This document shows, in pieces, positions 38,777 through 48,800 of a stretch of DNA of 64,000 bases. Every line of letters begins with the position of its first letter. The first letter of the stretch is position 1. The notes beneath the pieces were generated by a model, which saw nothing but the letters and a program-made list of their open reading frames with translations, was not told the origin of the DNA and made no database searches. The stretch is from contig JAZDKJ010000008.1 in the NCBI GenBank assembly GCA_043803105.1, positions 1-64,000 on the forward strand. Direction: 5' to 3'. This stretch comes from Candidatus Woesearchaeota archaeon. Lineage in GTDB: Archaea > Nanobdellota > Nanobdellia > Woesearchaeales > JAZDKJ01. The translations under genes and the position numbers were made by a program.

Positions 38777-39457
38777 TTAACTGACCTTTTTTTGTACAGG
38801 AATGTTATAACCTGGGACAGGCATGATAACAAATGTCTTATGGAATTTGCTTGCCGGAGAAAACATTGCTGGGCCGTCCGTAATCTGGTAACATTCGTCA
38901 GCTATCTTCTCAAATTTTGACTGCTCGAATATACGACAAAAGCCATAACTTTTATGTCCCTCTTTGATATGAGTGCGGTCATAATCAATAGGAAGAATGT
39001 TGAAGGCCCTAATTGATTCTTCACGCCTTTGAGGATCTGGCTGGAAATAAACCAAGAACTGACGATTTTCCTGAAACTGCAATACGTTAAATGCCAGTAG
39101 GTTAATCCCGATCATATTATCCCTCTGCTTATCGCTATATTGCTTGAGGCTTTTGTATTTCCTTGCATGGGCACTTCGCCCCAGTGGCTTGAAAAAAGTC
39201 TTGCCATCATTATATAAAATGCTGCTTGTGAAAATACCTTTTGAAAAATTTGAATTTAGAATATCAAAATACTCACTTTCAGTCATTGGCTGATTATGGA
39301 GAATCAAATGAATTGTTTTCTTTTGTGCATCAATATCAGGCTTTTGCTCCAAGAGAAGACGCTCAAGGTTAGACTTCAGAACATTGTAGCAGCCAGATTG
39401 CTCCAGCCGAGCAAGAACAAAATCAGCCATCCTTTGCTTTGCTTCCTTGTTTACCAT
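38777..39457 (-). CDS. Hypothetical protein (paralog of 39523-40119)
   Basis: KQRMADFVLARLEQS...LVYFQP aligns with KTEMCHFIVGRIKES...LVFYQP. Confidence 0.65.
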   Translation of the reverse strand: MVNKEAKQRMADFVLARLEQSGCYNVLKSNLERLLLEQKPDIDAQKKTIHLILHNQPMTESEYFDILNSNFSKGIFTSSILYNDGKTFFKPLGRSAHARKYKSLKQYSDKQRDNMIGINLLAFNVLQFQENRQFLVYFQPDPQRREESIRAFNILPIDYDRTHIKEGHKSYGFCRIFEQSKFEKIADECYQITDGPAMFSPASKFHKTFVIMPVPGYNIPVQKKVS

Positions 39458-39522
39458 CCTGAATTATGGCAAAACTTCTGGTATATAAATCTTTTGTTTT
39501 TGTTATCACTTATTAGTGACTA

Positions 39523-40119
39523 TTATTTCTCTTGCTGGGTGGCTGGCAGAATAATTGCTGGGCCTTTACCTTTAGCCAAGACATCAATCTTAGCAGGCTG
39601 AGCTGCATCAATCTCGAACCTCTTGGCAGGTCGGTCAAGGTAAACCCTGAAAAGCTGGTCTGCGTTAAGTCCATACGGACCATCTCCATAGCGCGTCGAT
39701 GATTCTTGAACATTCACATCAGAAAATTGATACCCAACCAAACATGCAGGGCTTGATTGAGTTTGCGGTTGGTAAAAGACCAGGGTGTTGAATGGCCTCT
39801 GCTGAGAAAGCACCATCCTTTCGATATCACTTGTTTTCCATGTATCTCCTTTCCTTGCACATTTCTTAACATCTTCCTTGAAGATTATATGGCCTGAAAT
39901 GTAACCGTCTGAAGCCAATCTGGCGTGCAGTTCCTTGTTTTCTTGCAGCCCATAGACTGACGGCAGAAGATGCAAGGCAACTAGTGTGCTTGCCTGAGCA
40001 CCTTTCGGTCGCGCGATGATAAAATCAGGGTGCATTTCAATGATTTGGCACAGTTTTGACTCTTTAATCCTACCTACAATAAAATGACACATTTCCGTTT
40101 TTTGTTGTGGAGTTATCAT
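39523..40119 (-). CDS. Hypothetical protein (paralog of 38777-39457)
   Basis: Shared motifs with the neighbouring gene. Confidence 0.65.
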   Translation of the reverse strand: MITPQQKTEMCHFIVGRIKESKLCQIIEMHPDFIIARPKGAQASTLVALHLLPSVYGLQENKELHARLASDGYISGHIIFKEDVKKCARKGDTWKTSDIERMVLSQQRPFNTLVFYQPQTQSSPACLVGYQFSDVNVQESSTRYGDGPYGLNADQLFRVYLDRPAKRFEIDAAQPAKIDVLAKGKGPAIILPATQQEK

Positions 40120-40163
40120 AAGGGAGAAAAATCACTGAGATTTTTTAAAGCTTTAGGAAAAAA

Positions 40164-40541
40164 TCAGATCAAGACTGCGTTAACAGTGCCGTCCTGGCCT
40201 GGCCGTGATGTTATTCTTGCCTTGCCCAGGTCTGTATCAACGATGGTGCCTTTGGTGAGGATATTTCTCCTGACAAAATGCCTATTTGCCGGATTTTCCA
40301 GGACAGTCTTTATTTTGGCAACCTTGGATTTCTTATCTTTGCTGTCGAAAACATGAATGGTATTGGCGTACAATGTGCGGACTTTGCGATTGCCCCCTAA
40401 GGTGCGAATGACCTTGGTCTTATTATCATCAAGCCTTGTGTTTGTAGGCACGCGGCCCATGTCTATCTTTCTCTTCTTGCGAAAATCCTTATATTTTGCG
40501 CCAGTTTGCTTCTGCGATGATTTGTATTGGCTGATAACCAT
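40164..40541 (-). CDS. rps8e: 30S ribosomal protein S8e
   Basis: RTLGGNRK, ENPAN.HFVRRNILTKG, ITSRPGQDGTVNAVL. Confidence 0.97.
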   Translation of the reverse strand: MVISQYKSSQKQTGAKYKDFRKKRKIDMGRVPTNTRLDDNKTKVIRTLGGNRKVRTLYANTIHVFDSKDKKSKVAKIKTVLENPANRHFVRRNILTKGTIVDTDLGKARITSRPGQDGTVNAVLI

Positions 40542-40634
40542 GATATCCAGGAATAATAAACGGTTTATAAAACTTTAGGTTTGCAGAGGAAAAAGCATAG
40601 ATTTAAATAGAATACTCGAATCCAAGGATTTACC

Positions 40635-40859
40635 ATGGAAGCAGCAAGACCGCTGGACGCACTCAACAAAGCACGAGACAAAAGAGTGATTGTCGAGCTC
40701 AAAAACGGCAAGCAGTTCGCAGGAATTCTAAGGGCTTTTGACATCCACATCAACGTTGTACTTGAAAACTGTGAAGAGAGGGCAAACGGCGAAGTAACAA
40801 GAAAAATCGGGGTTGCCTTTGTCAGGGGCGACACAATAACAGTTATTTCTCCAGAATAA
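40635..40859 (+). CDS. Sm/Lsm-like protein (SmAP1)
   Basis: [25 protein letters not shown]. Confidence 0.93.
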   Translation: MEAARPLDALNKARDKRVIVELKNGKQFAGILRAFDIHINVVLENCEERANGEVTRKIGVAFVRGDTITVISPE

Positions 40860-40860
40860 A

Positions 40861-41031
40861 ATGGGAACTGGGACTGCTTCTCTAGGAAAGAAATCAGGCA
40901 AAAAGACCCATATAATCTGCAGGCGCTGCGGAAAGAGAACATACCACGTCAGCAAGAAACAATGCTCGAGCTGCGGGTTTGGCAAATCAAAAAAGCTTCG
41001 TTCTTACAGTTGGAAAAAAGCAAGGAAATAG
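40861..41031 (+). CDS. rpl37e: 50S ribosomal protein L37e (56 aa, below the ORF-track cutoff)
   Basis: [51 protein letters not shown]; conserved Sm-L37e linkage. Confidence 0.95.
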   Translation: MGTGTASLGKKSGKKTHIICRRCGKRTYHVSKKQCSSCGFGKSKKLRSYSWKKARK

Positions 41032-41136
41032 GCTAGTTTCTAGGACATATTTTAGCAATGTTTAAATAAGAATTTGAAACACTTTACGTACATAGTGCGA
41101 GCAAATGAGACGCGGTCTGAAAGCTCGCAAACCTTT

Positions 41137-41279
41137 GCGAGGATGCCGGAGTGGCCAAACGGGACAGATTGTTCTACAACAGTAGAAAAGTCAAAGCTTA
41201 GGTCGCCAGGTTGGCAGCAACTGGGTGAAAGACACCTGTTAGCTTAGTGCTTGCGTGGGTTCGAATCCTACTCCTCGCA
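41137..41279 (+). tRNA. tRNA-Leu(TAG) with two introns (30/31 at 41168-41195; 37/38 at 41203-41233)
   Basis: Spliced product GCGAGGA...ACAGG-CTTAGGA-CCTGT, long variable arm, GTGGGTTCGAATCCTACTCCTCGCA; both introns are hairpins with BHB-like junctions. Confidence 0.88.
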
Positions 41280-41447
41280 TTATTCAAAAGATGCTCAGCG
41301 TTTTTTCTTCAATTAAGAAATGACAGAATTTGAAAAAAAGAAATGGGTTCGCATAACCAGGTATTGCGATTGCCTGAAATGTCAGAAATTGTTATAGAAT
41401 TTTTGACAGTTCAAAAGGGATTTGAGAATCCCTGGCCCGGCGCAAAA

Positions 41448-43208
41448 TCAATAATTCACAAGAACTTCAACATCCTTGCCGAAAATCTTCTTCAGGTCAT
41501 CAAAGATCGGCTGCTTGATGAAGACCCGTATAGGAATCTCGATTTTTGCCAAGGCATGATCTAACTCTTCAAGAGAGCTTTTATTTGGCTCACCCAGGGA
41601 ACCGTCAGGGTTGATTACTGCGCGAGAAAGCTCTTTTTCCTCATTGTCGATATCATGGATGATGAAAGCTTCCTTGTCAAGCATAATGACTTCACCATAC
41701 CTGTCACCATGCTTTACCCTAATCTTGGTCCGCTCGATCTCTCTTCCTCTCTTTCTCTGCATATACTCCACAAGGAATTTAACCAATTCACGATAGCTCT
41801 TCTTTACCTTCTCAATCTCTTGCTTTGTGAGCTTGTTTAGGTCGTAGTCTTTCTTAGCCTTGACTATCTGATTAAGAATCCTCAAAAACTTCTCAGGGGC
41901 CTTGCCTTGATGCACCAATTGCTCCTCAAAGAGCTTAACTATGTCGCTGTCACGAGCACGCTCAATTCCTTCCACGCGCAAAGTGTCGCGGATAATCGTA
42001 ACCACATTCTCATAGCTCTGGACAATGTCCTCTTTCTCCTTGATAATATCAATCTCGGTAAATAGCTTCTTTATGCGCTTCAAATAAGCTTCTGCATCAG
42101 TGAGAAGCTCATCAACTTCTTTGCCTGTAAAGTCTTTTTTTGTTCCGTGCTCAATATCCTTTCTGACCTTGACTGTCTTCTCAAGTATATCAATAAACTT
42201 CTCTTCCAGGAGCTTCTCCTTCTTAACAAAAATATCGCGCATCAATTGACCAGTCTCCTTCGGAGCTGGCGGAGGTACTCCAAAAAGCATCAATGCAGCC
42301 TGGCTAGGGGTCAGGATTGCATAGAAGATGTCCTCCATGCCAATGTCCTTTAACTTAAACCTCACGCGCTCAAGCATCTGCTCGCCTGTGCTCATGAACA
42401 TGTCAATAGCTTCCTGCGAGGGCTTGATCTTACCCATCTTCAGGAGCTGTTTCCAGGGCATGAAAATGCCTCGGTCATAGAAAGGAACACCGTCCCTTAA
42501 CAATGTGAAGATGATGGGATTAGCCTCTTTCAAACTGTCCCAGAAATCAGTCAGTATATAGACCTGGACGTTCAGCTTGTTCTTGATGCCAGTCATCTCG
42601 CCAGCCTCAAGGCCCATGCCGATGATGATTGCACGAAGCTTGTCCTTTAACTCAGCCCTAGTCATCTTCTTGACATCAGTGTCGTCAATGACAATCCAGA
42701 CGTCGATGTCAGAAGTGGCTGTGGCTTTTCCTTGGACCAAAGACCCTGCGAGAACATAGCTCACAATATACTTCTCGAACTTCTTTAAGACCATATTCTT
42801 GTGCAACTCAGCGATCTTCACAGCAGAGAGCATGCCTGTATCATAAATCGGGGCAGCCATTGCAACAACCTGCAATACATCGCATTTGCCATCATAACAG
42901 CTCTGCCAGAGCTCTGAGAGAATTACAACCTGGGGAGTGATGTTCTTGTCAATCTCCTCAGCGAACTTTGCAATTATGGAAGCGAGCTTGTCCCGAAGCT
43001 CTTCCTTTGACATCTTCTGAGAATCATTATCATCAACCAGAACGAGAACATGAATCTTATCCTTGTCTTCCTTTCCATCCTCGGTCTTAGGCGGAGGCAG
43101 AAGAGCAATACCGACAATGTACTTGTCAAACTTGTCAACAACCTTTTTCTGGAACTTGTCAAGCTTAACCTTTATTGCCTGCAGTTTTTCCTGCACATCC
43201 TTTGGCAA
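41448..43208 (-). CDS. Tandem nucleotidyltransferase domains plus HEPN-like helical region
   Basis: Degenerate first MNT (IHVLVLVDD), intact second (LAGSLVQG..TATSDIDVWIVIDD), helical C-terminus; start may lie up to 43271. Confidence 0.8.
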   Translation of the reverse strand: MPKDVQEKLQAIKVKLDKFQKKVVDKFDKYIVGIALLPPPKTEDGKEDKDKIHVLVLVDDNDSQKMSKEELRDKLASIIAKFAEEIDKNITPQVVILSELWQSCYDGKCDVLQVVAMAAPIYDTGMLSAVKIAELHKNMVLKKFEKYIVSYVLAGSLVQGKATATSDIDVWIVIDDTDVKKMTRAELKDKLRAIIIGMGLEAGEMTGIKNKLNVQVYILTDFWDSLKEANPIIFTLLRDGVPFYDRGIFMPWKQLLKMGKIKPSQEAIDMFMSTGEQMLERVRFKLKDIGMEDIFYAILTPSQAALMLFGVPPPAPKETGQLMRDIFVKKEKLLEEKFIDILEKTVKVRKDIEHGTKKDFTGKEVDELLTDAEAYLKRIKKLFTEIDIIKEKEDIVQSYENVVTIIRDTLRVEGIERARDSDIVKLFEEQLVHQGKAPEKFLRILNQIVKAKKDYDLNKLTKQEIEKVKKSYRELVKFLVEYMQRKRGREIERTKIRVKHGDRYGEVIMLDKEAFIIHDIDNEEKELSRAVINPDGSLGEPNKSSLEELDHALAKIEIPIRVFIKQPIFDDLKKIFGKDVEVLVNY

Positions 43209-43408
43209 GTCCTCAAGCTTTGGAATGCCTTGAGGTTGAGGTTCTTGTTCAGGATTCTTCTTGTTAGTCAGGCGAAATCACCGAGCATCCGGGATGCGGG
43301 ATAGTATTTAAAGGTTTTTATATATAGTATGGAGTGTATAAGTCGAAGCGAAAGGTTTATATGAGAGTGTTTACTTGGGAATAGTATCTTATTCCTGAGG
43401 TGAGCTAT

Positions 43409-44170
43409 ATGGCTAAAAAGACCGAAAAGAAAATGGAAACAATTGATGATTATATGAATGGAGTGAGAGACCTCCATCCAAAGGATTTGGACGAAGCGCT
43501 AAAACACTATGATAAGATGACTTCAAGCAATGTCATCGAGCCAATGAAAACATTGGTCTTCAAGCCAGCGCAGGAAGAATTATACCATAAACTAGAAGAA
43601 GAACTTGACAAGACCTTCAAGGGTGAGAACGAAAGCGTCCATAACAAGGAAAAAGAGTTACGGCAAGCAGGAATCAAGGCATTGGAGGCGTATTTTGATA
43701 AAGTGATGCCTGGGGTGTCAAAAAGCGCCCAAGACATTGCGGATGAAGAAAAAAGGTTTCACTATTTAGCTAGGCATTATGACCAACACGTTGGAGTCAA
43801 GTCAGGAGAAAAAGGTTCTATATTTGGATTATTGAGTGCAGCAAGCGACAAAGGGGGAAAGGTCCGCGATGTCAAACAATATGCATATACAGTAGCACCA
43901 AACCATATAGAAGGCGCAGGAGAAATGCTTAAGGCAAAAGCGACAAATTTCTATTTGGGTTCTTTCCATCCAACTGACCTTGCACCATCTGTCAAAGACG
44001 ATCTAGAGGAAAGAGGTATTGGGGTAGACGACAAGACTCTTTATGTGCAGCATGAGATACCCACCCTTTTAGAAATCCGCAAGGGTGCACGGAAGGGAAA
44101 ATGGGCAAAGAAGCTTGAAGAATACGGACTAAAATACGAAGAGAAAGAGAAAAACAAAAACGAAGATTAG
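43409..44170 (+). CDS. Hypothetical helical protein
   Basis: GAGGTGA RBS, 253-aa ORF. Confidence 0.7.
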   Translation: MAKKTEKKMETIDDYMNGVRDLHPKDLDEALKHYDKMTSSNVIEPMKTLVFKPAQEELYHKLEEELDKTFKGENESVHNKEKELRQAGIKALEAYFDKVMPGVSKSAQDIADEEKRFHYLARHYDQHVGVKSGEKGSIFGLLSAASDKGGKVRDVKQYAYTVAPNHIEGAGEMLKAKATNFYLGSFHPTDLAPSVKDDLEERGIGVDDKTLYVQHEIPTLLEIRKGARKGKWAKKLEEYGLKYEEKEKNKNED

Positions 44171-44224
44171 CTGGAAACTCAGGAAAGGAAAGGTAAATAA
44201 ACCTTAAGATTTTTCTTCTTTTTT

Positions 44225-45040
44225 ATGATTAGACGCAATCACACTTCTCTGGATAAAATAATCGCTGGAATAGTTCTATACAAAGCACTAGAGCGAAAGT
44301 TTCAACCGAACCAATACAACCTTTACGGAATGACAGAAGTGTCAAGGCAAGGTGCTGTGGGAGACTTTGAAGACACAACAGACCAGTACAAAAGAGCAAA
44401 AATCCTGCAAGCTGCGCAAGAGTTGCCTTCTGAATACCAGGAAAATCTCCTGACAAAAGATTATGTTGCGCAATTGCTTCTAAAATATATGGCTTCAAAA
44501 GAAGGGAAAGGAGCAATGAAAAAGTATGGGCTAAACAAAGAAGATATAAGGCCGGCTGCAGCAAGACTTGAAGAAGGGGTTGTGGCTGCAACGACAAAAG
44601 ATGTCTATCCTTATCCTGTGATGAAGAACATTGAAGATCGGGACAGATACATAAGGAGCATACAGGAGAGCGAGCCAAAACTCTCAGCCTATGATGTTGA
44701 GACAATGTGGGTAAGGCACGAGCTAAGGCACCTCTCTCAAGACGCAAGGTTGCTTGCAAGTGCAAGCACATCGCTTGAAAACAGGCTCTATGTGGAAGCA
44801 GACAACATTGCGGGATTGTTCAGGGAGTATGTAGAAGAGATGCAGCAGGCAACAGGCCATAAAAAAGAAGTGCTCGCTGCAAAGGCAAGAGCAACATTGG
44901 GTCATTACCTTGGAACAAAGGCAGGAATGATGGACGAGCGCGGAACGGAGTACAGCGGAAAGGAAGAGCTTACATCCATAGCAAAAGAACTAGAAGGAAA
45001 GCTTGGAACAGAAGACTACAACACGCTCTTCAACCGGTAA
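44225..45040 (+). CDS. Hypothetical protein with HExxH motif (possible zincin)
   Basis: VRHELRH followed by E..AD. Confidence 0.55.
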   Translation: MIRRNHTSLDKIIAGIVLYKALERKFQPNQYNLYGMTEVSRQGAVGDFEDTTDQYKRAKILQAAQELPSEYQENLLTKDYVAQLLLKYMASKEGKGAMKKYGLNKEDIRPAAARLEEGVVAATTKDVYPYPVMKNIEDRDRYIRSIQESEPKLSAYDVETMWVRHELRHLSQDARLLASASTSLENRLYVEADNIAGLFREYVEEMQQATGHKKEVLAAKARATLGHYLGTKAGMMDERGTEYSGKEELTSIAKELEGKLGTEDYNTLFNR

Positions 45041-45863
45041 TTCTTAAGATTGCGAAGATTCTCAGGATTGTGAGCAGAGGGAATACTATAACCAGAAGGT
45101 AGAGCAGGAACAGAACAAAGTGGCTTGACAAGAGAAAGCCGAGAATAACGAGCACGGCGATTATAACAAGGCAGGGCAGGAAAGTCAAAAGAATCTTCTT
45201 GTAGTCCTTGAAGCCGACAATAAAAGTCTTCTGAAAGATCTTCTTTAGGCCAGTCTTCCTTAGCAAAGGATAAGAAACAAAAGCAAAATATGCTAAGGCA
45301 AAAGTGCAGATGATGAAAAGCACAGTGACAAAATCCCTGCTCACAAGGGGGAAGATACTAAAGGTTGCGTAAACCGAAAGCTTGACCCAGGTGTAGATAA
45401 AGCAGTAAAACAAGGAAAGCCATATGATGTTAACCGCAAGGAACCGAAGCAAATAACTTGCCTTGGTCCTGCGGTCAACGACTCTGTTGCAGAAGAGCCA
45501 TACAAGACCTTGAAAGACACAGTAAACAACCATAGCTAGGGCCATCAACAAGAGCAGGAGCTGGAGGGCTTTGGTGAAGTAATAGGCAAACTCTGGCTTG
45601 TTGAGCATCACATCAACCATTGAGTTCTGATTTGCAACAAGGCCTGAGACATTGCTTATATCAGTCTGTGCAGCATTCATGAGAAAACCGATGTAATCGA
45701 AAATCCTCTGCTGGATGATTGCGAAGGTGAGGAGAAAGGTCATGAAAAAAAGGATGTCTGAGGCAACTGAAAGAATAAAATAAAGCTTGTTTGAAAGCGG
45801 CAGAAGGAAGGTTTGTTTAATATCCTTCAAAATAGTGTTTCTTAATATTTGGGGCTTACGCAT
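45030..45863 (-). CDS. Polytopic membrane protein (paralog of 54199-54954)
   Basis: About 6 TMs; VYCVFQGLVW and YLLRFLAVNIIW match VYSLFQGLVW and YFKRFSLLNLCW. Confidence 0.75.
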   Translation of the reverse strand: MRKPQILRNTILKDIKQTFLLPLSNKLYFILSVASDILFFMTFLLTFAIIQQRIFDYIGFLMNAAQTDISNVSGLVANQNSMVDVMLNKPEFAYYFTKALQLLLLLMALAMVVYCVFQGLVWLFCNRVVDRRTKASYLLRFLAVNIIWLSLFYCFIYTWVKLSVYATFSIFPLVSRDFVTVLFIICTFALAYFAFVSYPLLRKTGLKKIFQKTFIVGFKDYKKILLTFLPCLVIIAVLVILGFLLSSHFVLFLLYLLVIVFPLLTILRIFAILRITG

Positions 45864-48800
45864 GTGATCTCCAGGTTTTGGTCGACAACATTCTTTGCTT
45901 CATCTTCTGCATAAACCCTTGCATAGTCACCGCAGCTGTAGATGGTAGAACCTTGATAAACAGATGGTGTTGCAGCGCTAGGAGGTGTCACCGGAATGTC
46001 TGAAGTGCCGAAATAGATAGTCTTCAATGACTTATCTTCCTGCACGAATATGTTAACAGCATAAGTTACATCGCTCAAAAGATTCCCCTTGAAGTTTGTT
46101 GTCTTGTCAACAGTTACAGACTGGCCTGTGTTGACTGCAGTAAAGACAACTTTCAATATTTCTGGAGCTTTGGTATCAACCTGGGAGCCTGTAGTCACTG
46201 CAGAAGCGGTGGTACAAGGCTCATCCTTACATTCGTCTCCACAACAGTATTGGTTCGGAGAACAAACACCTTTTGGATCGTTCTGGCTGTAAGCAAGCCC
46301 ATTGCAAACACAATAATCTGTCAGTATAGTCTTGCCGTCGTTAACGCAGCCTACAGTATCGACACACTTCTTATCAACGCAATACTTGCCTTCCTTACAA
46401 TCACGAGGTGTGGTAGAAACTATTGCTGTGGTCTCGCAATAACAGTCAAACTGATTTGCCTTTGTTGAAGGGTCAGTGCACCTGCCTGCAGACAGAGCAC
46501 CTTCACCGCACTGGGCATTAAATGGAATTACCTGCTCCTGCTTTACACTGTTGTAAACAGTGACTTGTGTTGAGGGAATCCAGCTCGCACCAGCTTGGGT
46601 TGCGTCAAGTATCTGGAAGTGCGCCTTCCAGGTCTGCTTTCCTGAACTTGCGGAACAGGCATCTGCGGTTGAAGCGGACTGATAAGAAACAACATACCAA
46701 CCCTTTGTGTTAGCTGCAGAGGGTGTGTTCGTTCTAAAACGTATCCTGACACCTGCAGTTTCCACTATCATATTCTCAAATTTTGCACGGCTTCCACGCT
46801 GTTGATTGGAACTGCAGGCAGAATCACCACAGATCTGATACATCACTGTGTCGCCATCCTTGGAAAACAATATGTAAAAAGGGAATAGCGTCTTGTCAAT
46901 ATTTGCTGCAATAATATCACCTTCAGTAACAACATCGTTTGGATTTGCGCCTGTACCTGTTGATACAACAGGCTTTGTGGATGAGGCACCAGTAAAATCA
47001 TCAGCCTTTATCTCCCTTAACTTAATTGAGTCAGTGTACCTTCCCTTAGAGTTCAGGAAGATATAATCAGGATACTGAAAGATGTCGCGACCGTTCTGGT
47101 TCTCAATCCAGACCTTCAAGTACTTTGTGTACTCGCAGTTGTTCTGGCCGCTGCAAGACTGGCAATTCAAGCCTTGGCAGTTGGCCGCATCAGGGATCTG
47201 CTGCTGAATATCAACGCTAAACTGCATCATACTGCCAACCCTAAACGCATCTGCACCATAAGGATATTCAGGAGCTGGCTTGTTTTTGAACATAGCCCAG
47301 TTCTCAGTGCCAACGCCAACTGAGCAGCGGTACATCAATGAACCAACATCCCACTTGCAGATAGCTGGAGGCTTGCCACCAACCTGGCCAATCTTACAGG
47401 TGGATTTGTCAATCACAGTCTTCTTGTTGTTATCAATATAAGTCCACTCAAGGATTGCAGTATCGTACCTCACCTGCAAGTCCTGCTTTGTCTTATAGAT
47501 ATCTCCCTGGTCAAAAATCATCTCGCCCGGAAGCAGGTGATTGGGCAGGCCCTCAATAGTAATCTCCTGAGGCTTTCCAGGGCAATCACAACGGCCATTT
47601 TCAAAACCATCCGAGCTACTGCAGGTAAAACCATCAGAGCAGATAAGCCTCAACCTGATATTATTCAATTCAGCTCCAGCAACAAGGCCTACACCAAAAT
47701 GATAATTCCAAGTAGTAAGTCCGCTCGGATTGCTGACAGGATTAAACGACATGAAGCGGCGCTCGCAAGGATAAAGGAAGCCCTCACTCTTGATTGGTGC
47801 AGAGAACTGCTGGTTCAAGAGACCGGAAACATCAAGGTCCCAAGTGCCTGTGAAAGCAAAAAGGCAGACTGAGTGGACAAGCTTCTTATCAGCAAACATG
47901 GACTGCCACAAAGCAGAATTGCCATAACGGCCGGCAACAGAGCGCTGAACACCTTCGCCGGCACTCGTCAAGGCACCAAAAAAGTTGCCGATAGAGCCGC
48001 CAGAAGCAGAGCGCTGGCCAGACAGGCTGTACTTTTCTGTAACGCAGCTGATAAGGTCATAGATAAAGTCACAGACGTAAACAGTTAGCACTGCCCTACA
48101 AGTGCCTGAACTGCCGTCACCAGTAACGAGAATGGTCTGGAAACAATTCTTTATCGCAGTCAACATATTCTTGTAAAGGGTAAGGTAGCCTGTGACTGCT
48201 GCAATGCAAGCGCACTGGATGCTTCTTAAAAATCCTGATGTCGGTTCAACAATATATTCACGCTCCTTATGGCCAAGCTTTTCCTGGATGCGGTTGTAAA
48301 GGTCAAGTGCTTGCGTCTCACTAATGGTTCCGCATTTCTCCAAATCCTTCCAAAAAGAAGAACACCATTGGTCAAGGCTACAGCGCTTGATAGAACCTTG
48401 CCTTTGAATCTCTTTGCTAGGAACTGAGAAATAGGCTGTCACATCAGGGTCTAGATTACCTATCCTGAAAGCATTCTCTTTTGTTATTGGGGTATCATCA
48501 GTGGCCTTGGAGTTCTTGTTTGTCAATTCAGCAACCCTCTTAGTCGTCAGCATATAGCCACGATGCACCTGATAGTCTGTGTTGCCAGTCAATTTGTTCG
48601 GCGGAAGGATGCGATAATATATCGTGTCATAATCCTCGCGCAGATTGAGCTGGTCATAAAGGCACTGATTGCTCACCGTGTCAGTATTACCAGAAGTAAG
48701 CCTTCCCTTGTACTTCACTCCAGAATCAATGATATCAGCCTGCACCTGGCCGGCAGGAGAGCAGATGCCAGCCACCTTGTTCCAGGTGACCTGGCATTTA

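Noticed and set aside
41096-41129. SECIS element
   Set aside because: No selenoprotein candidate with an in-frame UGA nearby, and the archaeal GAA/A geometry is not matched.
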